64,000 bases of DNA from Nitrospira sp. (GTDB lineage Bacteria > Nitrospirota > Nitrospiria > Nitrospirales > Nitrospiraceae). Where the stretch lies: the NCBI GenBank assembly GCA_047150005.1, contig AP038806.1:2624001-2688000 (forward strand), read 5' to 3'. Below, piece by piece: positions 48,612-58,900 of the stretch. The notes under the pieces were generated by a model. It had not been told where the DNA came from and ran no database searches. It was given only the letters and a program-made list of their open reading frames with translations. Each line of letters opens with the position of its first letter. Position 1 is the first letter of the stretch. The translations under genes were made by a program, and so were the position numbers.

Positions 48612-49826
48612 TCAATCTTGCGCAAGAGCGCCTGAAACGAATTGTCCCGCCTTCATCACGCCGACAATCCGATCCGGCTCGCAGAGCACCCCAATCCGCT
48701 TGAGCGGGTTGCCGTCGACCAGCAGGAGATCGGCCTGCCGTTTCGGATGAATCGTCCCGACGGAGTTCTGTAATCCCAGCAACTCTGCGGCCTCCGCCGT
48801 CGCCGAGAGAATCGCGTTCATGGCCGTCATGCCCAACGCGACCATGCGCTCCAATTCCTGGGTGTTCTCTCCATGGAAGTTGAACGGGGTGCCAGCATCC
48901 GTGCCCATGGCGATGCGGAGACCGCTCCGGTAGGCCTGCGTGAAGCTCCGCTGATGCCGCTTCGTCATCGCTCTGGCCTTGTCCAACACGCTGTCCGGAA
49001 TCCCGCAGCCGCGCCGGCATGCCGCGGTGGTCGCCAGCGCGGACAGGGTCGGGACGGCGAATACGCCGTGCTCTCGCATGAGGCCGACGGTCTCGTCATC
49101 GAGCAGCGTGGCGTGCTCGATCGAATGGACGCCGGCCCGGATGGCGTTCCTCATGCCGGAGGCGCCGTGGGCGTGCGCCGCCACCTTTTTCCCGGCTTCC
49201 TGGGCAACCGTCACGGCGGCCGCCATCTCTCGTTCGGTCATTTGCGCGAGATCCGGTGAGGTGCCGGGGGTCAGGACCCCGCCCGAGGCGATGACCTTGA
49301 TGACTCCGGCTCCGGCGGCGAGCTGCTCGCGGGCGACGGCGCGCACCTGAGCCTCTCCCTCGACCTCTCTCCCGATGAAGCGGGCGTGGCCTCCGATCAT
49401 GCAGATCGCGAGCCCTGATCCGACGATTCGGGGACCTGGAAGAATCCCCGCATCGATGGCCCGTTGCAGGGCAAAAATGGAATGATCGCGGGAACCCACG
49501 TCCCGAACCGTCGTGATGCCGGCTTCGAGGGTCTGCCTGGCGCGTCGCGCCGCCTTCAGCAGTGTGAACGAGGGACTGTCCTGTTCGACGGCCGCCACGA
49601 CGTCCGCTTCGCTGCCGAGACACAAGTGGACGTGACAGTCGATCAAGCCCGGCAGCACCGTCAGTCCGCGGCCGTCGATGATTCGGGCTCCGCGAGGAAC
49701 GGACAGGTTCCGATGATCGCCCACGGCGGCGATGCGGTCCCCACGAACAACGACCGTGGCCTTGTCCCATGCGCGCCCGGTTCCGTCGATCACCCGAGCG
49801 GAGCGGATAGCAAGGATCCCGGTCAT
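48612..49826 (-). CDS. Amidohydrolase (prolidase-like)
   Basis: PGLIDCHVH, IKVIASGG, AHAHG, IEHA, GTDAG. Confidence 0.9.
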   Translation of the reverse strand: MTGILAIRSARVIDGTGRAWDKATVVVRGDRIAAVGDHRNLSVPRGARIIDGRGLTVLPGLIDCHVHLCLGSEADVVAAVEQDSPSFTLLKAARRARQTLEAGITTVRDVGSRDHSIFALQRAIDAGILPGPRIVGSGLAICMIGGHARFIGREVEGEAQVRAVAREQLAAGAGVIKVIASGGVLTPGTSPDLAQMTEREMAAAVTVAQEAGKKVAAHAHGASGMRNAIRAGVHSIEHATLLDDETVGLMREHGVFAVPTLSALATTAACRRGCGIPDSVLDKARAMTKRHQRSFTQAYRSGLRIAMGTDAGTPFNFHGENTQELERMVALGMTAMNAILSATAEAAELLGLQNSVGTIHPKRQADLLLVDGNPLKRIGVLCEPDRIVGVMKAGQFVSGALAQD

Positions 49827-50428
49827 GGTGCGTCGATCGGAAGGGTGATGATGATGCCGCCCATCACGTCGCCGACCTTGAAGTCGCGTCGGGGACTGTT
49901 GGGATGTTGGTTGTGGCACGTGACGCAGGACTGATTGACCGCATAATCCGGATAGATGGATTGGTAGAACCGGCCGCCCTCCAGCTTGACGAACCCCTGG
50001 AACGGCTTCTCGGGATCTTTTGCCACGGCGTCGAGCCCTCGCCTTTCGAAGTCGGTATTGGCTCCGTTCCAGGCATAGATCGGCGTCAGGCTGGCCAGCC
50101 GGAACGAAAACTTGAGATCCTTCTGGGCGACCAACCGGCCGGTCTCGAGCAGGAACTGCGCGGGCAACGGGACGCCTCGTTCATCTTTCCAATGCTCGAT
50201 CGCCTCCGCGATGCCGGCGGCGTGGAGCTTGTTGACGACATTTTCCGTATAATTCTTCCGGTTGGCTTCGATCAGCGCATGAATGTAGGAGGAAGCCTTG
50301 TCCGGCGGGACCAAGTCGGATTTCATATGATTCGCCAGCGTCAGGGCGAAAATCCAATAGGCGGTGACGGCGACGAACGCAAAGGCTCCGCCGCCGAGCA
50401 CCCACAACAAGGGCTTGTTGTCCGACAT
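49823..50428 (-). CDS. DUF3365/Tll0287-like monoheme c-type cytochrome
   Basis: N-terminal TM; CVTCH followed by FKVGDVMGG. Confidence 0.85.
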   Translation of the reverse strand: MSDNKPLLWVLGGGAFAFVAVTAYWIFALTLANHMKSDLVPPDKASSYIHALIEANRKNYTENVVNKLHAAGIAEAIEHWKDERGVPLPAQFLLETGRLVAQKDLKFSFRLASLTPIYAWNGANTDFERRGLDAVAKDPEKPFQGFVKLEGGRFYQSIYPDYAVNQSCVTCHNQHPNSPRRDFKVGDVMGGIIITLPIDAP

Positions 50429-50447
50429 GGATAGTGACCCTCCCAGG

Positions 50448-51635
50448 TTAAGGATTCCCGCGGCTGTAGATCCTGGACGCCGCTCCGACCGCCAGGCCGG
50501 GCGTCGTCAACCAGCCGCCTTCGATGAACAATTCTTCCAGGGCATTCAGCAGACGCAGGACATGGGCTTCGGTCGAAGACTCGCCCATGAGCCCGATGCG
50601 CCACACCTTGCCCTTGAGAGGGCCGAGCCCTCCGCCGATTTCGATGCCGTAGCGGGTCAACAGGTGTGCACGCACCTCGGCTTCGGGGATGACATCCGGC
50701 ACGGTCACGCAAGCGAGCATCGGAAGCCGCTGTCCGGCTTGAGCCAGAGGAGCCAAGCCCAACTCGAAGAGTCCGGTGGTCAACGCGTCGCTGTTCAAGT
50801 GATGCCGCGCAAAGCGCGCAGAAAGTCCTTCTTCCTCGACGAGGCGCAAGGCTTCCCGCAGCGCATACAGCATCGAGACCGGCGCGGTATGATGATAGGT
50901 TCTGGTTCCTTCGGTCCAGTACGCGGCCACGAGCTTCATGTCGAGGTACCAGCTCTGACAAGGGGTGCGGCGGCGTGTGATGGCGGTCAGGGCGCGTTCG
51001 CTCATGGTGAACGGGGCCAAGCCGGGGGGGCAACTCAAGCATTTCTGCGTGGCGCTGTAACAGATATCGATTCCGACGGCATCGACATCCACCGGAATCC
51101 CTCCCAGCGACGTCACGGCGTCCACGATCAGCAGGGCATCGTGTTGCCGAGCCAACTGCGCGATGGTCTCGAGGGGCTGTCGGACTCCGGTCGAGGTCTC
51201 CGCATGCACCAGGGCGATGGCTTTGACCGGTCCGGACCGGCGAAGCGCCTGTTCCACGGCCTGCGGATCGATCGCGTTGCCCCAGGGGGCTTCGATTCGG
51301 ATCGCCTTTCCTCCGCAACGTTCCGTGACCTCGGCCAACCTCGTGCCAAAAACCCCGTTGACGCCGACCAGGACCGTCTCGCCTGGCTCCACGGTATTGA
51401 CGATGGCGGCTTCCATGCCGGCCGATCCCGTTCCCGATATGGCGATGGTGAAGCGGTTGTCGGTGTGGAACGTGCTCCGTAGCAACGATTGAACGTCGTT
51501 CATCATGGTCAGGAAGGCCGGATCAAGGTGGCCGATCAAGGGGGTGGACATGGCGCGGAGGACACGGGGGTGGACCTGACTCGGTCCAGGGCCGAGCAGC
51601 AGCCGCCTGGGCGGTATGAATTCATGAGTAGCCAT
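50448..51635 (-). CDS. Alanine-glyoxylate/serine-pyruvate aminotransferase (class V)
   Basis: LLGPGPS, VHAETSTG, VDAVTSLGG, TQKCLSCPPG, YHHT. Confidence 0.92.
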   Translation of the reverse strand: MATHEFIPPRRLLLGPGPSQVHPRVLRAMSTPLIGHLDPAFLTMMNDVQSLLRSTFHTDNRFTIAISGTGSAGMEAAIVNTVEPGETVLVGVNGVFGTRLAEVTERCGGKAIRIEAPWGNAIDPQAVEQALRRSGPVKAIALVHAETSTGVRQPLETIAQLARQHDALLIVDAVTSLGGIPVDVDAVGIDICYSATQKCLSCPPGLAPFTMSERALTAITRRRTPCQSWYLDMKLVAAYWTEGTRTYHHTAPVSMLYALREALRLVEEEGLSARFARHHLNSDALTTGLFELGLAPLAQAGQRLPMLACVTVPDVIPEAEVRAHLLTRYGIEIGGGLGPLKGKVWRIGLMGESSTEAHVLRLLNALEELFIEGGWLTTPGLAVGAASRIYSRGNP

Positions 51636-51783
51636 CCGACTCCCATATCTTGGATATGGACGATCGGCAGTATAGCGAAGTTTCGAAGTCTGAGGCCATG
51701 GGAAACATGCAGGACCGGATTGATCCTGTAACTATTACGAGGGGTTTCTAGCTGAAAAATGGCCATGTTATAGTCGAACCGCG

Positions 51784-53289
51784 ATGGACACTCAGTCGAA
51801 CATCCCTGCGTCCTCTTCGCCGCGCGACACGCGTTCTTGGTGGTGCGCCACCGATGCTCCCGCTCCCGTGGGGGAGTATTCCCATCGATTCTCTCCCGTG
51901 GTCAGTGTGCTGGCGGCCGTCTTCTTGGTATTGGCCTTGACCTCGGTCGTGTGGCTGTCCCTTTCGATTCCAAAACTCGAGCGGATGGACGCGCCGGACA
52001 CTGCGCTCGCTCGGATGGTGAGTCGAACGATGGATGCGCAGGAGGGGCTTCGCCGCGCGCCGGTCTGGCAACAGCTCGTGCTGGCTTGGATCACGGGGGA
52101 CAGCGAGTCCGAAAGGCTGCAGGCCATCGCCTGGTATCGCGAGTTGGCGCAGGTCTCGGAGGATCCGGTGGTGCCGCTTCAACTCGCCGTCCTGCAGGCT
52201 GAGTCGGCGCAAGTGTCCCAGGCGCTGCTCTCGGCACATGAATGGGACCGTCTGGACGATCCGTTTCCGCGGTTGGCCGGATTGATCCGCGCCGCCTACG
52301 CCGAGGGGACGACGCCCGATCGGGAGTCGCTTGAGCGGTTTCAGGCGGAGGCGGCCGAGTGGCTTCCGGCCGGCTGGTTCTATGATCGCCTGGCAGAACG
52401 GCTGGCGAAACATGCGGGCAATCACGCGCTGGTCGCCTCGATTCAAGCCACGAGCGGCGCCCGTGCCGACCGGATGTTCCGTCTTTCTTGGAAACTTACG
52501 CTCGTCGAGTTGGTGGCGATGCTCCTCGGCACGGCCGTACTGATCCGCCTGTGGCTGGCCCGCAAGGCGGGATCAGACCCGATTCGGCTCCATTCGATCG
52601 GCGTACCTCCACCCTGGCCGGGGGGAGTCGGAGCCGCAGTTCTTCTCCGGGGCGGGGCCCTTGGAGCGTTGCTCACGGCGGTATTTCTCTTCTACATGCC
52701 GCCTGAGAATGCCTCGCTTCGGGCGTTGGCCATCCCGATGTCGAATATTCCGCTCCTGCTTCTGGCCTATCACCATTTGTTCCGTCCGTCGGGTCTGAGC
52801 TTCGACGAGGGCTTCGGTCTCGACGTCCCGTGGAACCGGCTCGGTCGTCTGGCCGCCGCTGTGGCGGCGGTGGTGGCGGCGGGGCTCTGGGGCGAATGGG
52901 TGATGGATCGTCTGTCGGAGCACTGGCAATGGACGAGCCATTGGACCGAGTGGTTCGATGCGGATCTGGTGTGGGGATCACCGGCCCAAACGTTCGTCAG
53001 CTTGATCGAATATGTGGTGTTTGCCCCGATCTTCGAGGAACTGGCATTCCGAGGGCTGCTGTTCGCCATCCTACGCCGGAAGTTCCGCTTCCTTCCCGCT
53101 GCGCTCATCAGTGCAGGAATTTTCGGCATCGCCCATGGCTATGGGGTGCTGGGGCTCGCCAGCGTCTGCTGGAGCGGCGTGCTCTGGGCCTGGATCTATG
53201 AACGAACCGGAAGCTTGCTGCCGGGGATTCTGGCTCATGCCATCAACAATCTGCTGGTCTGTCTGGCGGTCATGGCCTTGCTGCGATAG
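51784..53289 (+). CDS. CPBP (Abi/CAAX) intramembrane protease with N-terminal extension
   Basis: EELAFRG, FGIAH, HAINN. Confidence 0.9.
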   Translation: MDTQSNIPASSSPRDTRSWWCATDAPAPVGEYSHRFSPVVSVLAAVFLVLALTSVVWLSLSIPKLERMDAPDTALARMVSRTMDAQEGLRRAPVWQQLVLAWITGDSESERLQAIAWYRELAQVSEDPVVPLQLAVLQAESAQVSQALLSAHEWDRLDDPFPRLAGLIRAAYAEGTTPDRESLERFQAEAAEWLPAGWFYDRLAERLAKHAGNHALVASIQATSGARADRMFRLSWKLTLVELVAMLLGTAVLIRLWLARKAGSDPIRLHSIGVPPPWPGGVGAAVLLRGGALGALLTAVFLFYMPPENASLRALAIPMSNIPLLLLAYHHLFRPSGLSFDEGFGLDVPWNRLGRLAAAVAAVVAAGLWGEWVMDRLSEHWQWTSHWTEWFDADLVWGSPAQTFVSLIEYVVFAPIFEELAFRGLLFAILRRKFRFLPAALISAGIFGIAHGYGVLGLASVCWSGVLWAWIYERTGSLLPGILAHAINNLLVCLAVMALLR

Positions 53290-53314
53290 TCGGACGGCGA
53301 AACCGTCGAGGTCG

Positions 53315-54103
53315 TTAGGTTTGTGAGAATGATACAAGAGACTCATACAAATCGGGATGACGAAGCTGTACATGCAATTCCTCGCGGAGCTTTCTTGTAT
53401 CGATCCGCTTGCCCGGCTCCTGCGTCGTGGTTTCTACCGGTGAGGAAACGCGCCAGCGCTCACGAGCAACGACACAAATTTGTTCCCATGTCCGAGGCGC
53501 GCCGTCACTGACGTTGTAGGCTTCCCCTCGTGCGCCTTTCTCTAACGCCAGCAGACAGATATCTGCCAAGTCCTCCACATGGATCAGATTCACAAATTTG
53601 CGTGAAGGACCGGCCAATCCTTTCCTGATCCAGTCGAGCGGATTGCGATCCGGTCCGTAGATACCGGCGACGCGCAGGACGATGGCCCCTTGTTCCTTAC
53701 GGAGATATTCTTCGCCTTGGACGCGCGGTCGGCTCAGATCAATTGGCGCCGTCTCATCAAGCCAGGGCGGCGGATAATGATGCAACTCGCCCGTATCGTA
53801 GGCCGATGTGCTGCCGAGTACCACAAGCCTGCGTGACGATGCCTTCACGGCTTCCGCACAGGCCTTGACGTCTTCAAGCGGCGCGGCGGGAAAACACCAT
53901 ACAAGATCCGCGCCTTGCGGAATATTCTGCCATGACTCCGGCTGTAACAGATCAAACCGAAGCCGCTGCTCGCTGCGGAGATGGGAAAGATTTCTGTCCG
54001 GCTCCCGACTCGTGGCAAAAAATTGGCGAGACGCCTTCGTCAATGCTTTGGCCAGATGGCGCCCGGTATAGCCGAAGCCCACAATGACGACCGGATGTGA
54101 CAT
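53315..54103 (-). CDS. NAD-dependent epimerase/dehydratase (atypical SDR)
   Basis: GFGYTG, LRVAGIYGP, NLIHVEDLA. Confidence 0.85.
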   Translation of the reverse strand: MSHPVVIVGFGYTGRHLAKALTKASRQFFATSREPDRNLSHLRSEQRLRFDLLQPESWQNIPQGADLVWCFPAAPLEDVKACAEAVKASSRRLVVLGSTSAYDTGELHHYPPPWLDETAPIDLSRPRVQGEEYLRKEQGAIVLRVAGIYGPDRNPLDWIRKGLAGPSRKFVNLIHVEDLADICLLALEKGARGEAYNVSDGAPRTWEQICVVARERWRVSSPVETTTQEPGKRIDTRKLREELHVQLRHPDLYESLVSFSQT

Positions 54104-54226
54104 GTATCTGTTATTTTCTTGGTGAACCAACCACTAGGTGATACGTTGTACTACGTATTCGGGAATTGTTTCCCCCGGACGTATAATTGCACAACCAGCG
54201 AGAGAATTGCCCAATATCGAAATGAG

Positions 54227-55870
54227 ATGGCCATGAATCACCCCAAGTACATCCCCCTTCTCCTGGTTCTGCTGCTCTCACTCGACGGGTGCCCGGGCAA
54301 CGAGGGCGGGGGCTCCGGCGGTGGCAGCGGGTCGTTCGCAATCAGCACGACGACGGCGCCATTTGGCGTGGTCGGGAATCCTTATTCCGCCACGCTTGCG
54401 ACGACCGGCGGGACACCGCCATTCACTTGGACCCTCTTCGGGGGACTGCTTCCGGCCGGGTTGAACCTGAGCAACCCGGCTACCGGTGCCGTCACCGGGA
54501 CTCCGACGACGCCCGGGAATTCCACGGCCACATTTACGGTGCGGGACAACAACGGGAACACCACCACCGGGCCGGTATCGTTTGCCGTGCACCCGAGAAC
54601 GGACCTGCTATCCGTCGATAATAGCGTACCTCCTGTGCCTGGGACCGGTCTCAGTAGCTCGCCGTCTATCAGTGATGATGGGCGATTCGTTGCATTTGCT
54701 TCGTTAGCAGGCAATTTCAGCTCAGGAGGCGTGGGTAGTCAGATTTATGTTCATGACTGGCAAACCAACCAGACGACGCTCATCTCAAAAAGCGGGACCG
54801 CATCTTCTCCGACCGGCGCGAACGGACCGAGCTCGGCACCGGCGATTAGCGGCAATGGTCAATTTGTCGCATTCGTTTCCGCCGCCACCGATCTCCTGCC
54901 TGCCGGAAGCCCGTCCGTCACCGGGAGCCAGATCTATCTGTTCGACCTTCAACTCGGTGTGACGAGCCTTGTATCAAAAGATAACTCCGGCAATCCTGCT
55001 AGCGGTGGAGCCACGATGGCATCTCCCGCGATCAGCGGAAATGGGCAGTTTATTGCCTTTGTCTCCGACGCGGCGAATCTGGGTGCCTCCGGCCAGCAAG
55101 TCTACCTTCATGACACACTGGTCAGCGGTTCGTTCCCTAACGGTCAAACCATCTTGGTTTCGAAGGACAATTCGAATCCTACTCCTATTGCTGGAAATGG
55201 AAACAGTGCAACGCTATCTATCAGCAGCGACGGGTGTTTCACGGCGTTCAGTTCTGCCTCGACGAACTTAGGCGCGCCTGCGAATCAGGTCCTCGGCAGA
55301 GGACCTCTCGCCATCGCCGGTTGCGCTGGAACAGAACAGACGTTTTTGGTGTCGAGAGATAGTGCGGGCAATTCGGCCAGCGCAGGATCGACGAATACGA
55401 AGCCGTCCATAAGCGGGAATGGGCAATTTGTCGCGTTCCGTTCCACTGCTACAAATTTCGGAGCGACTGGTACACAAATCTATCTTCGTGATACACAAGG
55501 CAATCAAACCATTCTGGTCTCGAAGAATGACTTGATTCCTTCGGTGGCTGGGGATAATCCAAGCGATTCGTCATCAATCAGTGACGATGGATGTTTTGTC
55601 GCCTTCGCCTCGGCAGCCGCGAATTTAGGCTCCTCCGCAAACCAGATATATGGGAGAGGTCCCCTTGCAGCCGCCGGTTGTGCCGGAACCGAGCAGACGT
55701 CATTGGTGTCGAAAAATGATACGGGAAATCCTGCGAACAGCGGAGCTGGGACCACCATCAGCCCTTCTGTCAACGGGAACGGCCAATTCATAGCGTTTAC
55801 CTCGTCAGCAACCAATTTGACTAGTCCTCCTCCCGGCAACAGCCAGATCTACATCCGCGCTCTCCCGTAG
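54227..55870 (+). CDS. Lipoprotein with putative Ig domain and TolB-like 7-repeat beta-propeller
   Basis: LDGC lipobox; GGTPPFTW...LPAGL Ig motif; seven (S/A)ISxxGxFxAF repeats. Confidence 0.8.
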   Translation: MAMNHPKYIPLLLVLLLSLDGCPGNEGGGSGGGSGSFAISTTTAPFGVVGNPYSATLATTGGTPPFTWTLFGGLLPAGLNLSNPATGAVTGTPTTPGNSTATFTVRDNNGNTTTGPVSFAVHPRTDLLSVDNSVPPVPGTGLSSSPSISDDGRFVAFASLAGNFSSGGVGSQIYVHDWQTNQTTLISKSGTASSPTGANGPSSAPAISGNGQFVAFVSAATDLLPAGSPSVTGSQIYLFDLQLGVTSLVSKDNSGNPASGGATMASPAISGNGQFIAFVSDAANLGASGQQVYLHDTLVSGSFPNGQTILVSKDNSNPTPIAGNGNSATLSISSDGCFTAFSSASTNLGAPANQVLGRGPLAIAGCAGTEQTFLVSRDSAGNSASAGSTNTKPSISGNGQFVAFRSTATNFGATGTQIYLRDTQGNQTILVSKNDLIPSVAGDNPSDSSSISDDGCFVAFASAAANLGSSANQIYGRGPLAAAGCAGTEQTSLVSKNDTGNPANSGAGTTISPSVNGNGQFIAFTSSATNLTSPPPGNSQIYIRALP

Positions 55871-55912
55871 CCGCTAGAGCTCGTTCCTTCGGCGTGGTAG
55901 CATCAACACTCC

Positions 55913-58900
55913 ATGCCGCTGTCCCGCTTCCATCCCCTCATCGCCCGCTGGTTTGCCACATCGGTCGGCGTGCCGACTGACGTCCAAACGGAAGCATGGC
56001 CTGCCATCCAGTCTGGACACCACGCCTTGATCGCCGCGCCGACCGGTTCCGGCAAGACGTTCGCGGCCTTTCTTTCCTGCATTGACCGGCTCCTCACGCA
56101 GGCTATCGCCCGCGAGCTCGAAGACCGTACCGAAGTGCTCTATGTATCCCCGTTGAAGGCATTGAGCAACGACGTGCAGAAGAATCTCCAGCGTCCTTTG
56201 GCAGAAATCGGCCAAGCCGCGCTGGAGGCGGGGCTCCTGCTGCCGGACTTGCGCGTGCTGGTGCGGACCGGCGACACGCCGATGGTCGATCGGCAGCAGA
56301 TGCTCAAGCAGCCCCCGCATATCCTGGTCACGACCCCTGAGTCGCTGTTCATCCTCCTGACCGCGGAAAAGAGCCGCCGGTTGCTGCAGACCGTCCGGAC
56401 CGTCATCGTGGATGAGATCCATGCCGTGGCGTCCAACAAGCGCGGCGCCCATCTGGCGTTGTCGCTGGAGCGGCTGGAGACGTTGACGGCGCGGTCTCCT
56501 CAGCGCATCGGGTTGTCGGCGACCCAGCGGCCGATCGAAACGGTGGCGCAGTACCTGGTCGGAGATCGACCCCTGCCGACCGTGATCGACGTCGGCCACC
56601 GGCGGACAATGGACGTTGCCGTAGAAGTGCCGAAGGACGAATTGAGCGGCGTGGCGACCAACGCCCTATGGTCGGATATTTATGACCGGCTGGCGACCCA
56701 TGTGCGAGAGCACCGATCGACACTCGTCTTCGTCAACACCAGACGACTGGCGGAGCGGGTCTCGCACCATCTGGAGGAGCGGCTTCAGGATCTGGGGCCG
56801 GATGCAGTCGCGGCGCATCACGGCAGTCTATCGCGGCAGATCCGCTTGTCGGCGGAAGAGCGGCTGAAGTCCGGCAAGACCCGCGTCGTGGTGGCGACCG
56901 CTTCGCTGGAGCTGGGCATCGATGTCGGGACCGTCGATCTGGTGTGCCAAATCGGCAGCTCCCGCGCGATCGCGACGGGTCTGCAGCGTATCGGCCGCGC
57001 CGGACACTGGGTCAAAGCCGTTCCCAAGGGGCGCCTCTTTGCGACCACCCGCGACGATCTTCTGGAATGTGCCGCGGTCGTCAGAGCCATCAAGGGCGGC
57101 CTGTTGGACCGGATCGAGGTGCCGGAGGCGCCGGTCGACATTCTGGCTCAACAACTCGTCGCCGCAGCCGCAACGCAAACGTGGGCCGAAGACGAGTTGC
57201 TGGCGATGGTGCGCCGAGCCGGCCCGTATCGCGAGCTGGAGCGGCGAACGTTCGACGCGGTCGTGCGCATGCTGGCCGACGGCATTTCGACTCAACGAGG
57301 GAGGGGACAGGCATATCTCTATCATGATCGGATCAATCACCGGATCAAGGGACGGCGCGGGGCGCGCCTTGCCGCCATCACGTCCGGCGGCGCGATACCC
57401 GATACGGCCAATTATGCGGTGGTCGCCGAGCCGACCGGAACAGTCGTCGGATCCGTCGATGAGGATTTCGCGGTCGAAAGCCTGGCGGGCGACATCATGC
57501 TGCTCGGCAACACGTCCTGGCGGATCAAGGGTGTGGAGATGGGCAAGGTCCGCGTGGAGGATGCCCAGGGCGCGCCGCCGAACATTCCATTCTGGCGCGG
57601 TGAGGCGCCCTCGAGAACGGCGGAGCTGTCGGCAGAGGTGGCGAACTTGCGCCAGGACATTGCACGTAGAGCCGCTTCAACTCCTAATCGTCAGCCCTCG
57701 GCCGTCGGCTCTGAACAGTCAGCACTCAGGACTCAGCACTCGGCGCTTCAATGGCTCTGCCAGGAATGCGGACTTGATCGGCGGGGCGCGGAGCAGGCGA
57801 TCGAGTACGTCGCGGCGGGTCGGGCGAGTCTGGGCGTGGTTCCGACTCAAGATACGATCGTCGCCGAGCGCTTCTTCGACGAGAGCGGCGGTATGCAGTT
57901 GGTCCTCCATGCACCCTTCGGCGGACGGATCAATCGCGCCTGGGGACTCGCGCTCCGCAAACGCTTCTGCGTCACGTTCGACTTCGAGCTGCAGGCTGCG
58001 GCCACGGACAACGGTCTCGTGATTTCACTGGGCGAAAAACACAGTTTTCCGCTGGAGTCGGTATTCGGATTCCTCCATTCGAACACGGTCCGGGAGGTGC
58101 TCGTCCAGGCAGTCCTGGCCGCGCCCATGTTCGCGACGCGCTGGAGGTGGAACGTGTCCCGCGCTCTGACGCTGCTGCGGTTCATGAAAGGCAGGAAGGT
58201 GCCACCCCAGATTCAACGGATGAAGGCCGAGGATCTCCTGGGTGCGGTGTTTCCCGATGCCCTCGCCTGTCAGGACAACATGGTGGGTGAACGGACGAGG
58301 CAGATTCCCGATCATCCGCTGGTGCAGGAGACGTTGCGCGACTGCCTGAGCGAAGCCATGGATATCGATGGACTGATCGAAGTGTTGCGCCGCATCGAAG
58401 CAAACCGGATCGCCTGCGTGGCGGTCGAAACGCCGTCTCCCTCGCCGTTTTCCCACGAGATTCTGAATGCCAATCCCTACGCCTTCCTGGACGATGCTCC
58501 GCTGGAAGAACGGAGAGCCAGGGCCGTCGAATTGCGCCGAACCCTGCCGGTCGATCTGGCATCTGACGTTGGGGCGCTCGACCAATCAGCGATCGAGGAG
58601 GTGGCGCGGGAGGCCTGGCCGATTGTGCGAGATGCCGATGAACTGCACGACGCGCTGTTGACGCTCGTATGGGTTCCAAAGCAGGCGACGGAACAGTGGG
58701 ACGCCTTTCTCCCAACATTGGCGCAGGATGGCCGAGCCGTCGAGTTAGTGTCGGAGGCTACGGGGTCGGGCGTAACGTGCCCACAGCAAAGGGTCAGCGG
58801 GTGGGTTGCCGGAGAGAATAGGGAGAGGCTCGAGCGGCTGTTTGTCGACGGGGATGAGGCGACGCTGGATACCGTTGTTCTTGGCTGGATGGAAAGCATC

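Noticed and set aside
51784..53289. CPBP 'Abi' protein as a phage abortive-infection system
   Set aside because: The family name is historical; it is a membrane protease in a housekeeping context
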